A stretch of 64,000 nt of DNA from an uncultured Acidobacteriota bacterium (GTDB taxonomy: Bacteria; Acidobacteriota; Terriglobia; Terriglobales; Acidobacteriaceae). The notes beneath the pieces were generated by a model. That model worked only from the letters and a program-made list of their open reading frames with translations. It ran no database searches and was not told where the DNA came from. The stretch spans positions 39,751 through 103,750 of the forward strand of contig CAVUYN010000002.1 of assembly GCA_963745715.1 (NCBI GenBank). The letters run 5' to 3'. Positions 57,768-64,000 of this stretch are shown here, one piece after another. A program made the position numbers and the translations under genes. How positions within the stretch are numbered: the first letter of the stretch is position 1; every line of letters starts with the position of its first letter.

Positions 57768-58376
57768 ATGTCGATACGAAAATTCACGCTTCTTTCTGTG
57801 ATCCTATGTTGTGCCAGCTGGGTTGCGGCGCAAAGCTCCCCTGGGGGAGCGGCGCCCGCAGGTGGCTCCGGTACGGCGGGACAAAGCCCAACTCCGGGTG
57901 CGGCTACCCCTCCGGCGGGGACCGCGACGCCGCCCGCAACTACTGCGACGCCGCCAGCAACCACGGCGACGCCGCCAGCCAGCACCGCAACTCCCCCGGC
58001 TAGCACGGCAACGCCGCCGGCTGGGACTGCAACGCCTCAGAACCCAACACCGGGTTCCACATTACCGACGGGAACTCCAAACACCACGACGACTCCAAGC
58101 ACTACGACACCCGGCACCAGCCCAAGCACGAGCCCTAATGGGACCAGCCAAACCACAACTCCGACCAGTCCTAATGGCTCGCCGTGCGGAACTTTGCCAG
58201 ATTCGACAAGTGCGTCGTCGAGTTCGACTCCAGGCACTTCAAGCGCGACGCCCGGTAGCACATCGCCTTCAACGTCTGCCGGTGGCGCGCAGGCAAACAA
58301 CGGTATGAGTCCGACCCCGGGAACGCCCTGCCCTCCGTCGGTCTCGCCCAATGGAAGCAGCACTTCACCAAAGTAG
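57768..58376 (+). CDS. secreted Pro/Thr/Ser-rich low-complexity (mucin-like) protein
   Basis: Signal peptide MSIRKFTLLSVILCCASWVAAQ, then about 175 aa that are almost entirely P/T/S/G/A. A strong terminator follows. Confidence 0.6.
   Translation: MSIRKFTLLSVILCCASWVAAQSSPGGAAPAGGSGTAGQSPTPGAATPPAGTATPPATTATPPATTATPPASTATPPASTATPPAGTATPQNPTPGSTLPTGTPNTTTTPSTTTPGTSPSTSPNGTSQTTTPTSPNGSPCGTLPDSTSASSSSTPGTSSATPGSTSPSTSAGGAQANNGMSPTPGTPCPPSVSPNGSSTSPK
57903..58040 (+). repeat. six and a half tandem 21-nt (7-aa, ATPPAxT) coding repeats
   Basis: The protein reads ATPPAGT ATPPATT ATPPATT ATPPAST ATPPAST ATPPAGT ATPQ, taken directly from the sequence. Confidence 0.75.
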
Positions 58377-58411
58377 AAAAACCAGAAACGATTGAAACAG
58401 CTCCAAACTTT

Positions 58412-58438
58412 GCGGGCCCTTCTGGGCCCGCTTTTTTT
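58412..58438 (+). terminator. rho-independent terminator
   Basis: GCGGGCCC-ttct-GGGCCCGC followed by TTTTTTT. Confidence 0.85.
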
Positions 58439-58807
58439 CCCTCATACTAATGACGCGGCTTCCGTTCCGTTCGTCCCCGCATCTGAATCCACATGCAACC
58501 GAATTACGTTCTGCGCATCCCCTCCGAGCCTTCCCCACCTCCCATTCAAGACCCCATCGATCCTCCAGAAAACCCGGACGTGCCTATTCGCGAGCCGGAC
58601 CCAGAAGTTCCTGGACAAATTTGAATTTCAGCGCCTGCTTTTCCCTGCGATCGCATCTTCACCAGTCGGCTTGCATACAGCGATCCGCCGATTGTTTCGG
58701 TTCCTGCCCCCGCCCATACTCGTCGAAATGTACGACCAACTATTCGCGTGTGGGATGAATTCAGATCCCCTTCCGACACTGGATACCAATTCATAGGAGG
58801 AATGAAA

Positions 58808-59545
58808 ATGGCACACTATGGCATTCTGAGAGACCTGCCCGTCGCAGCGGACAGTGAAGACATCCGTGGCGCACATCTTTATGGCTTGAACGATGAAAAG
58901 CTGGGCAAAATCGACAACGTTATCTTCGACCACTCGACAGGGAATATCCAATACGTCGTAGTCGATACCGGCGGATGGCTGACGACCAAGAGGTTTATTG
59001 TGCCTGCAGAAGGCCTGCGTGCCTCTGCAAAACACGAGGACGATTTCGAGGCAGATCTCAACAAGGAACAGGTCGAGAACTTCCCACCTTACAACGAATC
59101 CGATCTGGATTCGGAGACCAGATGGAACGGCTATGAAGGCCGGTATCGCTCAAAGTGGGTGGCCAATCCTGTGATGCACCGAGCGGAGACAGACCGCAAT
59201 CTAACCCCCACAACCGAGCAAGCGTCTGGCAATTTGGAATCCGAACGAGCCGCTGCCCAGGCTCACGGCATAGCGCCAGCATCGAGACTCGGCCCCGTCT
59301 CTGCAAGCTCAACGCGAAGTGACCTCAATGCTGCTTCATCTGCAACAGAAAGAGTGGTACCCGCCGGGACGGACTCGGTGGTAATTAGCAATAGCGCTGT
59401 TGGAATCGGCGGCCGCTGGGACACGTTCCAGAGTCATTTGCGTGAACGCCGCAAAGAAGCGGTGGCCGGATGTCAAACTTGTTCCAACGACTCCGCGGTG
59501 AAACGCAGTTCCGAAAGCGCGGACACTCTACGGAAAGCGGTCTGA
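58808..59545 (+). CDS. PRC-barrel domain-containing protein
   Basis: GGAGG lies 8 nt upstream of the ATG at 58808. Sequence IRGAHLYGLNDEKLGKIDNVIFDHSTGNIQYVVVDTGGWLTTKRFIVPAEGL. Confidence 0.75.
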   Translation: MAHYGILRDLPVAADSEDIRGAHLYGLNDEKLGKIDNVIFDHSTGNIQYVVVDTGGWLTTKRFIVPAEGLRASAKHEDDFEADLNKEQVENFPPYNESDLDSETRWNGYEGRYRSKWVANPVMHRAETDRNLTPTTEQASGNLESERAAAQAHGIAPASRLGPVSASSTRSDLNAASSATERVVPAGTDSVVISNSAVGIGGRWDTFQSHLRERRKEAVAGCQTCSNDSAVKRSSESADTLRKAV

Positions 59546-59869
59546 GCACAACAGCTTGTGTACTCGGGAGCCCTGCCGAGGGGCTCTCGGGGCATTTCTT
59601 CCGGCTCACCCTGTTGTCGTTTCGCAGTTCCGCCAAAAGATTCAGGGAACCCCATTCCCGTGAATGCGCATCTCACTTGCGCTTTGATAGTGGGCAATCC
59701 AAAAACGGGACGGACCGTCGTAACGCTAGCGATCGCTCTGTTTTTGGCAATGGTGTTTATCACAGCCTTCGTGGCGTTGCGGAAACGAACAGCGCCACTT
59801 AAGGAACCACCTCTGCGTCCGTCTACTTATTTTATTGGGTAACTGAAAGTGCCAGCGCGAAAGCGATTG

Positions 59870-60115
59870 TCAGCGACTGGAATTCGGCGAAACCTTCCAC
59901 AACTGCGCAAGTGCTCTGGCGGCATCGGACAATGCCCGCTTTTCCTGGTTGACATAGGAATCTGAAGGCGCTCCCGCGCGCTGCACGATTGGGCTTCGAT
60001 ATTGCGAAACTTTTCCTGTTAGACCAGCTCGATAGATGTCGCGTACGGCGTTTTCAAATGATCGTCTCAGGTTCCTTGTCATGGGGAGAGCTTGTTCAGA
60101 AGATTTGCTCGTCAT
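59870..60115 (-). CDS. hypothetical 81-aa protein (paralog of 53611..53847)
   Basis: It shares ..SFENAV.., ..RSPIV..AGAPS.. and EKRALSDAARALAQLWKV with the 53611 ORF. The start was chosen by alignment with that paralog, and there is no clear SD. Confidence 0.4.
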   Translation of the reverse strand: MTSKSSEQALPMTRNLRRSFENAVRDIYRAGLTGKVSQYRSPIVQRAGAPSDSYVNQEKRALSDAARALAQLWKVSPNSSR

Positions 60116-60263
60116 TGGAGTCGAACTCAACTTTCTCAATTTCCAACACTCTAAGACGAACATCGACTCTCAACAATACAGCGTTGTCCGCAACGAAGAG
60201 TGGGCACTTTCCTAGGGATGTGGCGTGGGTCGACTCAATATCCCGTGGTTCCCGTAGGAACAG

Positions 60264-60521
60264 TTACGCGGCGTTTGTTTCCGGAACAATGCAGTTCCGC
60301 AAAGCACGCAGCGCGTATAGAGCGTCGTCTAGGATCTGGTCTTCTTCGACGTGATCGCTATTGACGGCGAACAGCTCTCGAACACGCGCCAGGATTGCCT
60401 TCTCTGCTTCCGCGATCCTGTGTGGAATTCTCGTTCGGTCGGTTTCAAACAAAGCAGCTTGATACAGCACGTGCCAAGTTAGCGTGGTATCAGGCGACGT
60501 ATGGGTGGAGCGCTTCTGCAT
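60264..60521 (-). CDS. hypothetical small protein (85 aa)
   Basis: The motif VLYQAALFETDRTRIPHRIAEAEKAILARVRELF resembles a small-protein family I recall as recurrent in Acidobacteria. Its function is unknown. Confidence 0.45.
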   Translation of the reverse strand: MQKRSTHTSPDTTLTWHVLYQAALFETDRTRIPHRIAEAEKAILARVRELFAVNSDHVEEDQILDDALYALRALRNCIVPETNAA

Positions 60522-60705
60522 GTTCAAGTCCTTTGAATGAAAAAGTTTCAGCGCGACAGAGGTCAATAGCGAGATCCAAGCAGGAAGCTACCCGCGGAGG
60601 AACAGGGTTCCTATACGGTAATTGCCGTATTTTGCACATGTGTGGAAGGCCGCCGCGGGAGGAAAAACTGTGGAAGGACGCGAAGCGCGCGTCCTTCCAC
60701 CCACG

Positions 60706-61263
60706 TCACGCAGCCCGGCGAGAGTTCTTGCCCGTTCCTGCCTTGGAGGGCCTGCTCTCTGTTTCCTCTGTTCGACCTTCCCCAGCTTGCGAATTAATTT
60801 CCGACGCCAGTGCAGTCAACTTCTCATCCGCCTGTTTTTCTTCCTCGAGCGTCTGTTCGATAAGGGAAACATGCTCGTTTTCGCCCAGCAATTCGGCAAT
60901 CGCGCGAACGGTTCCGTAGCCTGCTATTTCGTAATGTTCTACTCGCTGTGCAGCTCCGATGATCGCAGCATCCATCACCGCGTCGCCATAATCCTCCTGC
61001 ATCGTTTCGGCGCCCTCCTTCACTAAGCCTTCCATTCCCAGGCATTTCTTGCCGGTAGCCTTTTCTCCCATCATTTCGAAGATCTGTTCCAACCGGGAAA
61101 CCTGTTCGGATGTCTGGCGCAAGTGCTCTTCAAACGCCTGTCGCAGCTCGGCATTCGATGAGGCTTTGGCCATCTTCGGTAGGGCCTTCACCAGCTGGGT
61201 CTCGGCGTTATAGAGATCTTTCAATTCATCGATATAGAGCTGGCGCAATGAATCCTTTTGCAT
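60706..61263 (-). CDS. ferritin-like YciE/YciF (DUF892) family stress protein
   Basis: GGAGG precedes the ATG at 61263. Sequence LRQLYIDELKDLYNAETQLVKALPKMAKASSNAELRQAFEEHLRQTSEQVSRLEQIF...VEHYEIAGYGT. Confidence 0.85.
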   Translation of the reverse strand: MQKDSLRQLYIDELKDLYNAETQLVKALPKMAKASSNAELRQAFEEHLRQTSEQVSRLEQIFEMMGEKATGKKCLGMEGLVKEGAETMQEDYGDAVMDAAIIGAAQRVEHYEIAGYGTVRAIAELLGENEHVSLIEQTLEEEKQADEKLTALASEINSQAGEGRTEETESRPSKAGTGKNSRRAA

Positions 61264-61390
61264 TATGTTCCTCCTCTGCTGATTCCAGCGACGGAGCGGA
61301 GCGTCATGCACTGGTTGATATCTCGAAAAGTATGTTTGTCACTCGCGGTAAACAATACCCCAGATGCTGTACGGAGATTTCGCCCGCTCG

Positions 61391-63076
61391 TCAGCGCGCC
61401 CCAGCTGAGCCCGCTTCGCCGTGTCCTTTTGGCGGATCCTCGTTCTTGTGGTGGAAGTCGAGGCCGAAGTGAGGTTCCTCGCGCGTGCCGGTGATCTTGA
61501 ATGGGATTTCAGCGCCAGCTCCATGTTTATGAAAGAACGGGTCCACCGGCTTTAAGAGAATGGATTTCCACCCTGTCGTCATTTGAGACAACTTGGCATC
61601 GAGTTTCAACAATCCATGAAAATCAAAAGTATTGCCGTCAAGGCTGTACTGCCCGGTCATATCGGCGTGCGTACCGGGAATCTGGAAGTGCAGAAACGAG
61701 AACGACAACATTCCCTGCCGCAACTTGAACGTGCCGCGCAAGTCGGAAGGAACCGTGATTTCTGTCGTCTCGTCCCCCACCAGTTGGCCTTTGCCTTGGC
61801 TGCGCAGGCTCAGGGTGTCGATTCGATTTTGAACCTTGTCGTTGGTGAAGTGACCGCGCGGGATGTGGAAGCTGCCCGCAAGTCTCAATCGGTCGGCGAT
61901 GTCCTCCGCTCCGGGCGGCAGGCTCAATCGCGTCTTCATCTCGACCGCCCCGGTCATGATCGGTGGATCCGTTTTAACCCCGAGCTTTAACAAATCCTCA
62001 ATGCTCGACCGGCCCAATACGACTTCGAGTTCGATGTCGTGCCCGTGCGCATTCGCATTTGATACGCGCACGATCTTGCCGCTCGCCGTAAACGAGGAGT
62101 GTAGAACCTTCGCCTTCACCGGTTGAAGGTACGTATCGCCGTCGGTGCCGTCCACGATCGCGTGAAAGTCGGTGTGCAATGGCACGGAGTGTCCGCTAAT
62201 TGCGATTCGAAAGTCAGGCGTATCCGTCTGGCCTTCCACCTCGATTCGGCCCAATGTCCCGCTGTATTGCCCGGTGGATGACAGGATCCCGCCGATCCCC
62301 TTGAGCGTCCCCAGATCGGCATTTGTGAAGGAGTATTGTCCGGAAACCGCGGAATCGCGCGGACTAGCCTCATTCAGGGGTCCGAACAGGCCGGTTGACC
62401 GAATGTCACCCACCGGCTTGGGATTGACGAGCGTCGCCTCGAAGCGAAGAGGTTGGCCTGCACCGATATCTCTCATTCTCAGATCGCTGATGTCAAACTC
62501 GAGGGGCGGTTTGCCCGGTCGCGCCGTATTGATGATCAGCTTTGTGCCCGAGCAGACGAAGCGGTCTACGGCTATGCTCATTTTCCCGCCCTGCCGCCGC
62601 ATGTTCGTCATCTGCTGGCGATCATTTTTCGGCGGAATGTTTACCGTGAGGCCACCGACGAAGATTGTGTCCACGTGCATCGGTTCGCGAAATAGGCTCC
62701 GCAGCGCCGTCTGGAAGCGGAATTCCCCGATTTCCAGCAACGGCTGAACCCCCTCCTCCCAGGGATTAGGATCGGTAGCCCCGTAAATTTTTAACCCTCT
62801 GCCGTCCACATGGACGCCATCGGCGATCCAGACATGAAGGTCGGCGAGTTCAACGCGGCTCTTGAAACGAGCGGAGAGAGTTTCAATCACGCGGGCTCGC
62901 AGAATCGGTTGTGCGCGTACGATTACGATCCGGACGCAGACCCCTACGACAACAATCAGTAATATGGAGATCCCGAGGATCCACCGCCACGCACGGGTTC
63001 GATTGCGGCGCGGCATAGGCACGACGCACGCGCGCGGAACTGAGGACGGGGACGGCACTTGGTTGGGAGCGGCCAA
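61391..63076 (-). CDS. membrane-anchored AsmA-like/DUF748-like protein
   Basis: It has one N-terminal TM and then a long beta-rich region of AsmA-like character. The start is either 63076 or 63016. The family assignment is tentative. Confidence 0.4.
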   Translation of the reverse strand: MAAPNQVPSPSSVPRACVVPMPRRNRTRAWRWILGISILLIVVVGVCVRIVIVRAQPILRARVIETLSARFKSRVELADLHVWIADGVHVDGRGLKIYGATDPNPWEEGVQPLLEIGEFRFQTALRSLFREPMHVDTIFVGGLTVNIPPKNDRQQMTNMRRQGGKMSIAVDRFVCSGTKLIINTARPGKPPLEFDISDLRMRDIGAGQPLRFEATLVNPKPVGDIRSTGLFGPLNEASPRDSAVSGQYSFTNADLGTLKGIGGILSSTGQYSGTLGRIEVEGQTDTPDFRIAISGHSVPLHTDFHAIVDGTDGDTYLQPVKAKVLHSSFTASGKIVRVSNANAHGHDIELEVVLGRSSIEDLLKLGVKTDPPIMTGAVEMKTRLSLPPGAEDIADRLRLAGSFHIPRGHFTNDKVQNRIDTLSLRSQGKGQLVGDETTEITVPSDLRGTFKLRQGMLSFSFLHFQIPGTHADMTGQYSLDGNTFDFHGLLKLDAKLSQMTTGWKSILLKPVDPFFHKHGAGAEIPFKITGTREEPHFGLDFHHKNEDPPKGHGEAGSAGAR

Positions 63077-63191
63077 GTCCCATCATTAGGCTCGGAAGCG
63101 ACAAAACGAAATCAGGTCTTTCCTGCAGAAACGGCCACAAAGCCCGGCATTCGGCGGAGGGCCCGGTCCAGCGCCACCGCCGCGTCGGACC

Positions 63192-64000
63192 TCAAAACCC
63201 ATACGTGGCTACGAGTCTTTTTTCTTTCTTGCCAATCACCGCAATGGCCGCGTGTTCGCCAGGGAGAGAGAAAGCAATCTGAGCACCCGTTGCTTGATCG
63301 CGAATTTTGATGGCTGTGCCATCGGCAGAGTCCGAGATCAACACATACATTAGGCAATCTGCCAGGTCGATCGGGAATATCAGCACGCCAGCAGGCACTG
63401 GGGATTGCGAAGTGAACAGCGGAGTGATATTCAATCGTGTTGCGACATAAGTGTAGAGTTCAGCTGTCGATTGCTGGTCCTCGGCAAGTTCCACGGGGTA
63501 GGAAGCCCAGAAAATGGACCCCTTCCCGTGCGAAATCTCCTCGAGAGTTGAGCCATCCTGAAAACGCAGGGAATCCAGCCAGTTCTGCTGTTGCTGCCCA
63601 AAAGCAAGCGCAATCGGACGGTTGCCCAGGCGAATCCCCGCATTGTGAAAGGTCAATGGTTCAACGTGCGATGCGACGCCCAGATCCGCCGCCCGATGCG
63701 CGACCTGCCAATGCGCGTCACGATCCACTGACCCTGTGACCAGAAGATTTCCACCGCGGTCAACATAGCTCAGCAAGGCACTCCACGCCGCGTCGCCCAG
63801 GCCTTGCGGAGAAGGCAGGATCACGAGTTTCGGTGATCCCAATTTCCCGATCTGATTTTCCGCAATCATGTACGACGATAAGTGCAGGGAATACCCCAAG
63901 GTGCGTATGGCGCGTTGCTGGGCCGCTAACTGGAATTCGGCGAGCACCGAGTACTGCGCCGCCTGCGAAGTGATGACGGCGATTGCAGGCAGCTGCGGAT
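63192..64000 (-). CDS. C-terminal part of a GH42-like beta-galactosidase-type protein (trimerisation-like and C-terminal domains); 5' end lies outside the window
   Basis: The frame stays open to the window edge. Motif KLVILPSPQGLGDAAWSALLSYVDRGGNLLVTG resembles the GH42 middle domain. Confidence 0.4.
   Translation of the reverse strand, partial: PQLPAIAVITSQAAQYSVLAEFQLAAQQRAIRTLGYSLHLSSYMIAENQIGKLGSPKLVILPSPQGLGDAAWSALLSYVDRGGNLLVTGSVDRDAHWQVAHRAADLGVASHVEPLTFHNAGIRLGNRPIALAFGQQQQNWLDSLRFQDGSTLEEISHGKGSIFWASYPVELAEDQQSTAELYTYVATRLNITPLFTSQSPVPAGVLIFPIDLADCLMYVLISDSADGTAIKIRDQATGAQIAFSLPGEHAAIAVIGKKEKRLVATYGF

Noticed and set aside
57707-58006. A minus-strand ORF encoding GGVAV repeats.
   Set aside because: It is the mirror frame of the ATPPAxT repeat gene. 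The plus-strand gene has an RBS, a signal peptide and a terminator.
58493-58624. A 43-codon Pro/Asp/Glu-rich ORF (MQPNYVLRIPSEPSPPPIQDPIDPPENPDVPIREPDPEVPGQI) upstream of the PRC-barrel gene.
   Set aside because: The composition resembles small proline-rich proteins seen near stress genes. However, there is no SD, and the competing listed ORFs (58392..58796, 58450..58758) are clearly junk. The evidence is insufficient.
1-64000. A search for mobile elements, phage genes, defence systems, tRNA/rRNA genes and CRISPR arrays.
   Set aside because: I recognised no transposase, integrase, recombinase, nuclease-helicase or toxin-antitoxin signatures in any frame. I saw no cloverleaf-like or rRNA-like segments in the intergenic regions.

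Overview
The window looks like chromosomal DNA from a soil Acidobacteriota (Terriglobia-like) bacterium. This call is an inference from gene content: a VWFA-related acidobacterial-type protein, many DUF5818-like small secreted proteins, and very large multi-domain sensor kinases. I found no rRNA, tRNA, CRISPR, transposase, integrase or phage genes. Content falls into four groups. (1) Carbohydrate and housekeeping genes at the edges: a GH78-like rhamnosidase fragment, a Gfo/Idh/MocA oxidoreductase, a GDE-like glucosidase plus GT4 pair, a CE15-like esterase, a Zn-phospholipase C-like protein and a GH42-like fragment. (2) An unusually dense signalling complement. It includes an 1823-aa kinase with two different kinase cores (HisKA and HisKA_3), and a 2102-aa TM-less hybrid kinase with eleven perfectly phased 92-aa HAMP units and three receivers. 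The latter is translationally coupled to a REC-PAS-HisKA_3 kinase. There are also four clustered NarL-type receiver paralogs (two without an output domain), two ECF sigma factors and a BlaI/BlaR1 pair. (3) A striking accumulation of small general-stress-type proteins: CsbD, BON x2, YflT/GSP17M-like x2, DUF1328, DUF3309, lmo0937-family x2, YciE/F-like ferritin, PRC-barrel, SYLF, a Cys-rich metallothionein-like peptide and five DUF5818-like paralogs. Several are under 60 aa and absent from the ORF track. (4) At least six apparent single-base indels plus one truncation interrupt otherwise conserved genes; these are either sequence errors or real gene decay. The most interesting hypothesis is that the HisKA_3 kinases, NarL-type receivers, ECF sigma and stress-protein genes together form an undescribed acidobacterial general-stress signalling module. 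This rests on domain recognition and gene neighbourhood only and needs HMM, expression and genetic confirmation.
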